Below, in pieces: positions 51,751 to 63,085 of a DNA stretch of 64,000 nt. The notes beneath the pieces are model-generated. The model made no database searches. It saw only the letters and a list, made by a program, of their open reading frames with translations, and was not told the DNA's origin. The position numbers and the translations under genes are program-made. The DNA is from Lobosporangium transversale. Its lineage: Eukaryota. The stretch spans positions 806,001-870,000 of the forward strand of contig NW_019028979.1 in the NCBI RefSeq assembly GCF_002105155.1. Direction: 5' to 3'. Each line of letters begins with the position of its first letter. Within the stretch, counting starts at the first letter, position 1.

Positions 51751-51929
51751 ATAATAAAAGGTACAATTGTACATTATACAGGAATAAAAATGAGATAAAT
51801 GAAGAAATTCGCTTAAAGAAAGAAAGAACAACGAAGTCACGGATGTCATATTCATTCCCTAGTTGTTTCTACTCATGCAGCTTTGTCTTTCATCAGCACT
51901 ACCACCTCATTCCAGACTCCTTCTTTCCT

Positions 51930-52110
51930 TCTTCCCCTCCTTCAATTAACCTTCAACAGCTCAAACAGACGCAGTACTGCAGCCCAGCTCTGTCCTTTAA
52001 GCTCTGTGTCATCTTTTGCAGACATGAATATAGTCTGCGGAGCCTTTTCAAGAGGGTCGAGCAGAAGGCATATTCATGTCATAAAGAGATTCAATTCAAG
52101 TAGTTCAGAT
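51930..52110 (-). pseudogene. Second-type F-box-like relic, copy d
   Basis: DYIHVCKR*HRA*RTELG; DNA homology to 26821-26910 and 41228-41266. Confidence 0.5.
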
Positions 52111-53109
52111 AGGGGAAAGGAGGGAGAGATGAATGTATAAAAAATAGCTGTATGGTATAGTTTGACACTATTGAACGAACCTAGCAATAGCAATAGCGTC
52201 ATTTCGAGGAACCCACTGCAGATTAATGATAGTCAATCAATGAAAGGTGCAAATTAAACAAGTCAATCTATAAAAAGAAAGAAAGAAAGAAAGACGTTGA
52301 ATTTTTTTTTTTCTTTGATGACTATGACCGCTTTTATCAATATTACTGCAGCTATATCACTATTGTTTATGAAGTGAATGTCCAAGAGCTCATGTCCGCC
52401 ATATTATAGGATGTAGATTGAAAATATCTGCTTTTGAACTTTGAAATTACTTATTTCCAATATTCCAATATCCCATGACGATAATTACGTGTTTCTTGAG
52501 CGTATTTCATTAAGATATGCCTATGTGTGTACGGAAAGGTCATGATGCTATAAGTAAAGTCGTTCATTTTAGATCCAACTGGATTATCTCGGCCTGAGGC
52601 CTGTTGCTGGTAATGAAGTGCAGCTTTTAAAAGATGGTTTCACGCGTGCAGTAGCCCATTGATTATACATCAGAAATGGCGTAATTTTACTTTATTCTGT
52701 GCATACCATACTTTGTACAGATGTTACTCCATGGATCCTGAATGGATTCTTTTAAAGGTAGTTTCAAACTGAAGGTAATAAGTTCCCAAATTGGCTTTTA
52801 CGAAGGCGTCTGCATTGTAGCACTCTAACAGGAGCCATTCGTGCTTCAAGCCTGTAAAGTTTTTAAAAGTGACCAACTTTGTCATGATATTTGGTGCTTC
52901 TTTTATATGCTGAACAGATCCTTTTCATTCTTTTTTTATGGCGGGTATTAGTGCCTTCTATCATATATTTGATGGGGATAATACCATCTTTTCGAGAAGG
53001 ATACTTATAAGGGCTCTAGTAAGTTCAGTGATGATTTTTGGCACAGTATCCAGCATATTTACTACAAGTGTGTGGAAGCGCTTTAATTATCATCCTAAAT
53101 GGAACTACA

Positions 53110-54540
53110 TCTAACGAAATGCCAAAAAACCTCTGAAGCATACTGTTGACCAATTATCCACAAGCCATGTCGCATCCTCGGGTTCTATCTTCTGGGAAAT
53201 ATCTGATTTGAAGCTTAGCGTATGTAGACTTTTCAGTTGACTAATTCACCCAGGCCTGCTCTTAGCCTTAAGTTCAGCGTTCGTACTATAGGATCGCGAT
53301 AATCCTTAGTCAGCCAAAGGTAGCGTAGCTGAGTCAATTTTCCTAGTTCTTTATACACAACACGCGTCATCGCCATGCCTTCTTCGGTCTCTTGGTCAAC
53401 ATCTGCCACTAGAGTAATATGCAGATCAGTCAGTCCAGTGCATACCCATCCCACTCCATCGACAATCTCTGTTACTGTGATTCTAGGTCCTGTCAGTTTC
53501 CTCAGTCGTGGACAATTCGATAAAATAGCCTGGACAATGCCATCCGGCCTGTCACTATCTTCATTGAGTATCAATATCTCAACAGTCTCACAGGCTCTTC
53601 GAAACTTTTCCTTTTGTACCATTTGTCCATTATTCAACACCTCATACTTGTCCGTCAGCAATCCTTGCAAAGAGAGCTGGCCGAACTCGCAACCTGGGAC
53701 ATTTAGCCATGTTAGACCAGTCGTCTGCCTGAGAAGTACTACCATACCACTGTCCGTTATTTTCGCGGACGGGGAAGACAGCTCTGCCAAATTATGCAGA
53801 GTCCAGGGATGTTGGAAGAAAGCTTCCTTATAGTAATCAACTTGGATATTTTTACCAAACTTAAGCGTATATAATCCTGGACATCGCACCAACATGCCGA
53901 GGGAATGTGATGGTGTGTAAGGGTGTGAAGGGTCGAATATCCGGACACGGTCAATGTGCAGTGTGTGTATATTTGGGAAAGTATGTTCGCTGACCTCGCT
54001 ACTTAGGAAGTCGGTAGGTAGCCGGCATATGAAAACATCATTGAAATCCAAGTACCCAAGTTTCTTGCAAACTTGAAAGAATATGTCGACCCCATCATCT
54101 ATAGACATACTAATAACCTCCAAGTGATTAAGGTTAATGCACCCAAGCAGCGTATCCCAGAGCAATTGTGAGCTTTGAACGTCTTCTAGGATAACCTTGG
54201 TAATGGTAGAGTTGTGGGCCTTGAATAGATTCAAAAAGTGAATCGGCTCGGATGATATTAAACTAGAAGCTTTGATGAACCAGAGGCGACTACATCCTTG
54301 CAAAGACCCATACTCTTCTAGGATATCATCCCCAGGATGTTTAAAGTGAAGTTCCTCAATGTGTTCCTTGTGCTTCTGTAGTGCTTCGCCAGTGAGGGGC
54401 AAAGATTCGGTGTCGTCTGACTATGATTTTCCTCCAAATGTGCTAGATAAGAGCTCCATGAAAAGTTTGGAGACGCAAAGACAGTTTGGAAGATCCTTTC
54501 GACTGAGGAAGTCACCAATGAGCGAGACAAGTTCTGACAT
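53110..54540 (-). pseudogene. F-box/LRR family copy 9 (nearly full length, frameshifts near both ends)
   Basis: MSELVSLIGDFLSRKDLPNCLCVSK, frameshift, a 389-aa ORF (53233-54402), frameshift at GLGELVN, then LKSLHTLSF...EDATWLVDNW. Closely resembles copy 6. Confidence 0.85.
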
Positions 54541-55259
54541 GAGGAAAATAAATGTGTTTTGGCCAATTTGATTGGCTGATTTTGTCAGTTCACGTTCCTG
54601 AAGTCCATGCCATCCAGGCCATCCATTGGTGGTCAGCGTAACAGCAAGATTGGTAACAAATAAACAAATACAATAAAAATAAAAAGTTAGCAGGCTATCC
54701 TCCGTCAAGCATGCACCTGCTACGTCTTTTCTCATTTCTCAAGGCTTCAGTTGCCATACTCATTTAGGAGTCTTTTCAACCCGAATAAGCCAACTCGAAT
54801 AAAATAGCCTTCCTTATGTATTGTTAGCTCATTCCATATCTCCTCTCTTCCCTGCTCTTCTATTCTTCTAACTCATTTCACAAAGATAGACAGCTTATAT
54901 TTTATTGATACTGGATAGCCAAGAATTGTAATGTCATTAAACTCACTGAAAATAATAATAAGCTAGTCTTCTTCTTTTGTAACACTTTTAAAAAGACAAA
55001 AAAAAGTATCCAAACCTCGGCCGACAGTCACTGCATTTTCAGCAAGCATTGTTACTTGTGCATCTACTGTTCTACTGTCCTCATACTCTATATCTCTCCT
55101 CGGAAGCTCACTTTGCAGCATTCTTGAGTTGAATGTTAAACTGTGTAATAATATCTATGAAATTGCTTTCAAAAATCTCGTGATGAATATTTACAAGGAG
55201 TGTGAACATTGTATATAGGTTTCAACAAGAGGAAGGAATCAAGGGCCGCATTGTCGTAT

Positions 55260-55950
55260 GGAATCTCTTATTCCTTCTACATCTGCTTCATATATCTACT
55301 CATAATGTCCCCTAAATAGTTTAAACTAGAGAGAGGAGCCAAGTTTCATCATATAAAATTTCCTTTGCGCTCACCAGTATCGCCTAAGTAGTTAAAGTAA
55401 GGGAGAGGAGCCAAGTGCCTCGTCGTCATATGAGATCTCCTCTCCATCCATCTCATATATCCACTCATTAGTATCACCTCAATCATCCAATTTGTCATCT
55501 TGATCCCTCTGATGGCATTGGAAATAATTATTCATTGCCTCTTTGACACCGGTCTAAAATGAGATATGTGTTAATAGCAGCCCAATAATTAAAAAACCAA
55601 TCAGGCTGGGAAAAAGCATATACTCGAACTCGTGGAATATGGGCAAGGATCTTAAACTGCGCTTTTAGGTCGCCAGCCTTCGTTGGTAGCTTGAAAGGGC
55701 CATAGATTTTTATAAGAGAAACATATGTTGTGGAAGTAGCCCACTTCAACTCAATAGTTGCCAGCCCCCTATCTGTAATGAATAGAAGGCAAAGGGGCGT
55801 GACAAGTGGGGTAAGACCAGAAAACGAGATAGATACCTAATGAACGCTTACTCTAACTTACCTCCAGATCAAATAAAACTGAGGATTTGTCGTGCGATAG
55901 CTAGCAATGTTCGGTAAACCTTTCATTAAAACAGTTTAAGGACCGTTAAC
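55260..55950 (-). pseudogene. Decayed spliced gene relic with an internally repeated acidic tail
   Basis: SSVLFDLEG, then a GTAAG...TAG intron, then TIELKWATSTTYVSLIKIYGPFKLPTKAGDLKAQFKILAHIPRVR. GAGAGGAGCCAAGT recurs at 55331 and 55403. Confidence 0.35.
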
Positions 55951-56186
55951 TTGAACAAGCTCACATTACAACTAATAGCTGCAGATGAAGTTTACCGTAC
56001 TTAATAAACTCAATCGAAGTACATTAAAAGTTTCTCAAGGTGCAACGCAGACTATAGTGTCTTTTTTTTCTTTTCTGCAATATACTATGGTAGTGAATAG
56101 ACTATGAGCACAGGAAGGCCTGCATCCGAATCTCAATATCCTGCATACTAGACTGGATTGGAAATGCAATTCTTTTCTTCTTTAGT

Positions 56187-57749
56187 CTATCTTCTAACGA
56201 ATATCTCGTGAGACTCAAAGAATTTGTATATCAAATTGTATATATCATTTTCATCCTTATTCGGATTTGAGTTCAGGCGACCCTTCAAGTATTTGATCCT
56301 TGGCCAATTGCCCACAATCCATGTTGCATCTTCGAGTTGCATTCGCTGGTGATTGTCACCATAAAACCATAAGGAAACTAGATTCTTCAGATTGACTAGC
56401 TCATCCAGACCTGCTCTGAGCCTCAAGTCTATTGTCCGTATTCTCTCTTCATTATTTGAATTCTGCGACGTAAGGCTGAGGTATTGTAGCTGAGTCAATT
56501 TGCCAAGTTCCCTAAACGCAATACGCGCCTTCGCCATACCCTCTATAGTTCCTTGATCAACGTCTGCCTTAAGATAAATATTCAAGTCAGTCAGTTCAGT
56601 ACAGACCCATCCTGTCCCGTTGACAATCTCTGTTATTGTAATCTTAGTTCCCGTCAATTGCTTCAGACGTGGACAATTCGATAAAACAGCTTGAACAATC
56701 CCATCCATCCCGACACTTTGTTCATCAAACATCAATACCTCCAGTGCTTCACAGAGTCTTCGGGGCCTTGTCTTTCGCAATATGTGTCCCTTGTCCAACA
56801 TTTCTTGTTTATCAGCTAGCAACTCCTGTAGAGAGAGATGACCGAATTTACATTGTCGGACATCTAAATGTCTTAATTCAGTGATCTGGCTGAGAAGTGC
56901 CATCATATCCTTGTCTTTTATTCTCATATAAGGCAAAGACAGATATGACAAATTCGCCAATACCCAAGGATACTGTTGGAATGTGGTCCTGTAGAAGTCA
57001 TTTATTATTAGTTGCTCAGGTCCCCCGTGCCCGCTTTTATCAACAAATGTTAATTCACATAGTCCTGGACATCTCCTCGCCAATATGCCGAGACAAGATG
57101 ATGCTGTATATGGATGTGGAGGTTTAAGTATCTCGACGGCTGTAATGGACAGTGTGTGTATATTTAGGAAAGAAAATTCATTGGCCTCGTTGCTAATGAA
57201 GTTGCTTGGTAGCTGAAATATGGATACACATCTTAAAGTCAACCGGGCAAGCCCCTTGCAGACTTGAAGGAATGGGCCGACTTCATCCTTTATACGTGTG
57301 TAGGACACTTCCAAACGCTTGAGGTTAGTACATTCCAGTAGTGCCCCCCAGAACTCATGTGAACTTTGAATATCGTCAAAGCAAATCCTGGTGAGAGTAG
57401 AGTAGTGGGCTTTGATGAGGTTTGAAAGGTAGTTCAATTGGGACGATGTACCAAATTCCCGTTTGTAATCGATGAACTGGAGGCGATCACACCCTTTCAA
57501 TAACCCATATTCTTTTGGAAACCTGCTTTCAAACCTTAACTCCTCAATGTATTTCTTGTTGTTTTCTAGTGCTTCTCCAGTAGGATATTTACAGACAATA
57601 TTGATCTCTCTCCATCTGGACCTGATAAGAGCCCTGTGAAAGACCTTTGAGACGCGGATACAGTTTATAAGGTCTCTTCGATTGAGATGCTCGCCAATGA
57701 GGGAGATGATTTCTGGAATGTCCAAGGGACTCAATTTAATGTTTTCCAT
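56187..57749 (-). CDS. F-box/LRR family copy 10 (intact, 520 aa)
   Basis: MENIKLSPLDIPEIISLIGEHLNRRDLINCIRVSKVFH...IDLRLRAGLDELVNLKNL...WIVGNWPRIK; uninterrupted ORF. Confidence 0.85.
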   Translation of the reverse strand: MENIKLSPLDIPEIISLIGEHLNRRDLINCIRVSKVFHRALIRSRWREINIVCKYPTGEALENNKKYIEELRFESRFPKEYGLLKGCDRLQFIDYKREFGTSSQLNYLSNLIKAHYSTLTRICFDDIQSSHEFWGALLECTNLKRLEVSYTRIKDEVGPFLQVCKGLARLTLRCVSIFQLPSNFISNEANEFSFLNIHTLSITAVEILKPPHPYTASSCLGILARRCPGLCELTFVDKSGHGGPEQLIINDFYRTTFQQYPWVLANLSYLSLPYMRIKDKDMMALLSQITELRHLDVRQCKFGHLSLQELLADKQEMLDKGHILRKTRPRRLCEALEVLMFDEQSVGMDGIVQAVLSNCPRLKQLTGTKITITEIVNGTGWVCTELTDLNIYLKADVDQGTIEGMAKARIAFRELGKLTQLQYLSLTSQNSNNEERIRTIDLRLRAGLDELVNLKNLVSLWFYGDNHQRMQLEDATWIVGNWPRIKYLKGRLNSNPNKDENDIYNLIYKFFESHEIFVRR

Positions 57750-58111
57750 GTTGCAAAGATGGTGGCGTAATCACACGAGGTGCTTTCACCGACCTGGTGG
57801 CGTATAACGATACTCAAACGCTCGCTCAGATACGCGTCGCAGGAGTATGAACGTTATTGAAGATGAGAATGAAATTTATTGAAGGAATGGGGAGAGTCGT
57901 TATGATGAGATGGTGCATGCGCCAGATCTTTCTCGCTCGACTTTGAAGAAAAGAGGAGGCGACTTTTAAAAAAAAAAGTTCGCGTGGCGCAGAAAATTTT
58001 GCACATTGAAATCTTGTCCACATTCCATCTCTTGTGGATGCTTACATAGACCAAGACGTGTGGTGTGGTGGGAGCTTCAGCGGGCTATTAGTCTAACAAA
58101 ACACTGGTGTA

Positions 58112-59437
58112 CAGTCACCTAAAACAAAGATTGGACAAAAAAATAAAATATTGAAATAGTTACGTAGGGAAGCGTTTCCTTCAATCTCTTTCCTTTCTGT
58201 TTTTCACATACAAACAGCTTGAGTAAACCACCATGGCGAGACACTTAGACATTGAGAATAAAGGTATCATCGTTGGAATGCACCTCGCGGGCATGAAGGC
58301 TGCGGAAATCGCATTGCAACGCGGTGTACCCCGAACCTCTGTTATTAATATTATCAGGGTGTACCAAGAAAGAGGCACCACTGCTTGCACTCCGATCCCA
58401 GGACGGCCCAAAGTACTAAGTGAACGGGACCTCAGGAGCATCGTTCGCCATACTAAGCAGAATAGAAGGTGTACTCTTAATGATATCACTAACCAATTGC
58501 CGAACAAAGTTTGCGAGAGGACAGTTGCGAAGGCATTGCATTCACTGGGTATTTTCAGCCGGATTGCAGTAAAAAAACCATTCTTAAAAGAAGGACATAT
58601 AAAAAGGAGGCTGCAGTTTGTCAAAAAATATATGAGTTGGTCCATGGAAGACTGGAATCGGGTAGTTTGGACTGACGAATAATCATTTGAAGTTGGTGAG
58701 CATTTTCGTCAAATAAGAGTTTGGCGTAAAGTAGAGGAAAAGTACGATCATGATTGCCTCGCACCCACTTTCAAAAGTGGTAGAACAACTCTGATGGTCT
58801 GGGGGGCGTTCACAGCAACCAGAAAGTCTCGGTTGGTTGTATTTGAAAGAGGTCGTAAAGATGGACGGTGTTTCGTGGAAGATGTATATCAAGGCGAGCT
58901 AGCCAGATTTATGGCTGAGGTAGAGGATGGCATACTTATGGAGGATAATGCTCCAGTTCATACTTGTAAGATTGCAAAAGAATGGCGCGAAAAAAACAGC
59001 ATCCCGAGGATTCCAGACTGGCCTTCATGCTCCCCAGATTTGAACCCTATTGAACATGTATGGTCACTTCTTGCGGATGCACTCGATAGGCGCGCTAAAG
59101 GGCCAAGAGATCTTCCCACTCTCACACGGGCTCTTATCGAAGAGTGGAATAATTTACCGCAAGAGAGGCTGGCCAGCCTTGTCGCTACCATGCCCGAAAG
59201 GCTGGAAGAAGTGAATGGGGTCGATGGTAGGAACACTCACTATTGAACCTACATGGCACTTTTGCTACTCTAACAATGCCGTCTTCAAAACCCCAATAAA
59301 TAACAGTATTGACCTCTTTAGTGAGCATGTAAAATTTCATGTGTATTGATGAAGTCTTTATGTATGTTGCATATGAGCTGTTTGTCCAGGTTGTTCAAAA
59401 AAAAATCATTTTGTCCAAACTTTATTTCAGGTGACTG
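58112..59437 (+). mobile_element. Tc1/mariner DNA transposon, 1326 bp, full length
   Basis: 29-bp TIRs CAGTCACCTAAAACAAAGATTGGACAAAA and (rc) CAGTCACCTGAAATAAAGTTTGGACAAAA, with 3 mismatches. TA target duplication at 58110-58111 and 59438-59439. Confidence 0.95.
58233..59246 (+). pseudogene. Tc1-like transposase (HTH + DDE) interrupted by one in-frame TAA
   Basis: HTH region with GRPKVLS; WTDE*SFE (TAA at 58680-58682); MVWG, MEDNAPVH and SPDLNPIEHVW. Both halves are in the same frame. Confidence 0.93.
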
Positions 59438-59549
59438 TACAAAAGAAGGTCAGCCAATCAAATGAGACTTCTGGTGGAACGTCATGTCTACAAAGAATGC
59501 AAAGACATCACGTCCAACATTCCATGCATCCTCTCTTTGTAATTGCAAC

Positions 59550-61088
59550 ATGAGCAAAATGAGCTTGAATCCCTTGCATCTTCCCGAGATTATCCCCCTC
59601 GTTGGCGACTTCCTCTATGAAAAAGATCTTCTGAACTGTGTCCGTGTCTCCAAGACTTTTCACAACGCATTTATTGGACTCTTATACAGAAGAATCACTG
59701 TCGAACCTTCATCCAGATATCCTTCTGGTGAAGCATTGCAAAAACACAAGAAACATATTGAAGAGATTTTATTTCAAAACGTCTTCCCTGAGGAGTATAC
59801 GATATTGCAAGGATGTGCTCGCCTCCAGTCCATCAATTACTGGTCGCAGTTTCGTATGTCGGCTGAATCAAGTCACCTACGAAGTCTTTCAAATCTCATA
59901 AGGGTACATGGTTCCACTATTACCAGGATATGTTTCCATAGAGTTCGAAGCTCACATGAGCTCTGGAAGGCACTGTTGGGATGTACCAATCTCAATAGAT
60001 TAGGAACCTATAATACAAGTATAAGGTGCGCTAATAAAGAGTTCGATCTATTCCTTCAAGTCTGCAAGAAAGTTAGGCACTTGGAATTGGTGCATATACT
60101 CATGCTCCAGCTACCTGACTTCTTCAGAAACAGCGAAGGCAGCGAGTATGTTCTCCCAAATATACGCATACTGCATATTGAGGATGTCCAGATAGTTGGT
60201 CCTCCCTTTCCGTACACTATTTGGTATTACCTCGGGATGCTGGTTAGGAAATGTCCAGGATTGTGCGAACTGACTGTTGATGGGGAGTTCGAGCAAAATC
60301 ACCAAGCGGACTTCTACAGAGCAGCACTCCTTCAGCATCCTTGGATCCTGAATAGTCTGTCAGATTTGTGTTTGCTTAATATGACTATAGAGGACGAGGA
60401 TATGGCTGCACTTCTCAGGCGCATAACTGAACTAAATCGGCTAATCAGCCGATATTGTAAATTCGGCCAGCTTTCTTTGCAAGAATTACTAGCTGGTGAG
60501 CAAGAGGTACTAGATAGTGGACAGATGGTACGGAAGACAAGGGTTCGGAGGCTCTGTGAAACAGTCGAGGCATTAGCATTCCGTACAGACAATAGCGGTA
60601 TTACTCAAGCAATTCTATCGAATTGCCCTCGACTGAGAACAATGGAAGGATCTAAAATCACAGTGACAGAGATTGTCAATGGAGCGGAATGGGTTAGCAC
60701 TGAATTGACTAGCCTAGTGCTCGATCTTGAGGCAGATGTTGATCAAGAGACTGAAGAAGGCATGGCAAAAGCGCGAATTGCATTTAGACAACTAGGAAGG
60801 TTGACTCAACTAAATTCTCTCGCCATAGCAGCAGGGTGTCAGCCTAATGGAAGACGGACGCTGGACTTGAGGCTAAGGACAGGCCTAGACGAGCTAGCAA
60901 ATCTGAAGAGTTTGAAAGTGCTAATGTTCGGATATGGTTATCTCCAGCGAATAGAGCTACAGGATGCGGTGTGGATCGTGGACAATTGGCCAAGTATGAG
61001 ATACTTGTATGGTCGTTTGGAAGTACCGATGGGTGTAGATACTTCAGTTTATGACTTCCTTAAGTCGCACAATATATCCATTAGCTGA
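59550..61088 (+). CDS. F-box/LRR family copy 11 (intact, 512 aa)
   Basis: MSKMSLNPLHLPEIIPLVGDFLYEKDLLNCVRVSKTFH...LDLRLRTGLDELANLKSL...WIVDNWPSMR; most similar to copy 3. Confidence 0.85.
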   Translation: MSKMSLNPLHLPEIIPLVGDFLYEKDLLNCVRVSKTFHNAFIGLLYRRITVEPSSRYPSGEALQKHKKHIEEILFQNVFPEEYTILQGCARLQSINYWSQFRMSAESSHLRSLSNLIRVHGSTITRICFHRVRSSHELWKALLGCTNLNRLGTYNTSIRCANKEFDLFLQVCKKVRHLELVHILMLQLPDFFRNSEGSEYVLPNIRILHIEDVQIVGPPFPYTIWYYLGMLVRKCPGLCELTVDGEFEQNHQADFYRAALLQHPWILNSLSDLCLLNMTIEDEDMAALLRRITELNRLISRYCKFGQLSLQELLAGEQEVLDSGQMVRKTRVRRLCETVEALAFRTDNSGITQAILSNCPRLRTMEGSKITVTEIVNGAEWVSTELTSLVLDLEADVDQETEEGMAKARIAFRQLGRLTQLNSLAIAAGCQPNGRRTLDLRLRTGLDELANLKSLKVLMFGYGYLQRIELQDAVWIVDNWPSMRYLYGRLEVPMGVDTSVYDFLKSHNISIS

Positions 61089-63076
61089 AAGCCTGAATGA
61101 GCAAAGAAATTATACATTATCGATTCACGACCTGGTATAGAGAACAATAATCTTGGACATGAGCCTTCTAATGGTCTTCCGTTTGCTTACTGATGATTGT
61201 GATAAGACCTTGATGGGGACGATGGTAAAAGTAGCCATAATAATCTTTACGAAGCATTGCACGTTGCCAAAGATAAATGAATGATTTTTTTTGGATAGAT
61301 AGACAAGCAATCAGGTAGAGAAGTAAATGGGGATAAGACATGGATCCACACGCCACACTCATATAACATACATTCGCTTTCTAGTGCAAAGAATATCACC
61401 AGATACCTCTATATTAGTCTAAAGAACAGCACGAACTCATTCTGCAGCCCCATGCTTAGATCCATCACGTATTGATAATGTCTGTTAATGCCGCTGCCTA
61501 CTGAAGATTATTTATTTGCCTATGGTTTTTTTTTTTTTGTGTTCTTAAAAAAAAGGTGTCCCCAATCAATCGGAGAAGATGAATTAAAAAGCAGATTTTT
61601 GTAGAAGTGAAAATAAGCAAAGTGTTGTCCAGTTGGGAAAAATTAAATTTTCGCCCTCCAAGTGCTTCTAGGAACTGTAAAAGATAAAGTGTCCCAAAGT
61701 AAAGCCTCTCTTTTCAGTCCCAAGCGTACTGCGCCTCTCAGGGTCTGTATCCCAATTGAACGCGTCTTCACAAGGGCAAATAACGTATTTTGAAGAGATT
61801 TTGATTCAAGATTTTGAAAATGTGGGTGTCTAGAAGCCAAGTTCACAATGAAAATTGTCTAGCTTGTAGTCAAAAACACTGCAGAACCACTAGAATATCT
61901 CCAACCCCTTCCGAAATTTCGGAAGAGCAGGAATAAGGAATGTATATTGTAGTCCAGCAAGCATTTATGGATATCCTTACAAGGAGATGCGAGGCTTCTT
62001 AATGGAAAGTCGAAATCTCACTAAAAAGAAAAAAGACGCGTCTTGGACTATGGATTTTAGGTTTTAGGAAACCAAGGCTCGATATAATGCTATGAGACAT
62101 GTCTACCATATAGTATATAAAGAAGCATATTGGCTCACTTTGAAGGAGTGGCAGACATCGCGGCTTGACGCACAACCTCTTTCTGTTGTCTGTAGTGTAT
62201 TAGAAGCACTGAAATCTGTGCAGCGATCAGCTTTTGTGCTCAGCTCTAGAACTAGAATACCTTACTGACACTGGAGTCTAGGGTATGTATACTCCTTCTT
62301 TTCCTTATAAAGATAGTAATTGTATTCTTTATCGCAGATGGGCCTGGTGGGGATACCATAGCATTTGCTTTGTCATTATACTCGCTCCTCGGAACTTTTA
62401 TACTATTCCCACCCTCTTTCTCTCCCAGATGTTATTGCAGGAAGAGATGTCATGCTAGGTTTGCCTGGTGATTTTACAAAGAGAGATAAAAAAGACCACT
62501 AGCCCACCATTACAGAAGCAGAAAAAAAAATTCATTAATGAGAAAGGCGGAGGATAGAGACATAAAAGGTCAACAAGGAAAGGAAAGATAGCAGAAATTT
62601 AGGGGAAAGCAAGGAAGAGGGCTGAATAATATTTTGTCAAACAAACTTAAGACAGCGCATACCTTTGATCCTTGACCTCCAAAAAAGTTCTCCACACCAA
62701 GGGACTGCGCATTAAGCGAGAACTCCAATTGGAGAGTATCGAAGATCAACGCCCAATCCAAGAGGTGCAGAAACAAGACAAAAGGCGCTGGCATGAATAA
62801 AGTCTTAGGCAAAAAGTCATCAGCAGTATCTACTGTTCTTTTTGCGAGATGAATTGACCGCATCGAAGCCATGGCTTGTGGCTCGTAATAATATTAGGTG
62901 GATTACACATTCATGCGAATAAAGCTTAGTCAAACACCACCAGGCTGAAGCTTTGCCCAAATAAAAGGAAAGAATGCATGTACATGTGTATGCAAAAATG
63001 GCAATAGCTATTTCTTTTTGAGACCCTCTTCGCGTATAAAATGGAGGCACCTTGTGACAGTATATAGCCTTAAGCC

Positions 63077-63085
63077 TATAAAAAG
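63077..63085 (+). promoter_or_regulatory. Candidate TATA box for the Cys-rich peptide gene
   Basis: TATAAAAAG about 215 nt upstream of the ATG, followed by a C/T-rich leader. Confidence 0.4.

Noticed and set aside
55290..55480. Repeat-spacer-like pattern suggesting a CRISPR array
   Set aside because: Only two degenerate units, a eukaryotic context and no cas genes.
61525..63050. Possible LINE 3' relic on the minus strand (LLWDTL..W motif, downstream A-tract)
   Set aside because: No RT core or intact zinc knuckle, and A-tracts are ubiquitous in this window.
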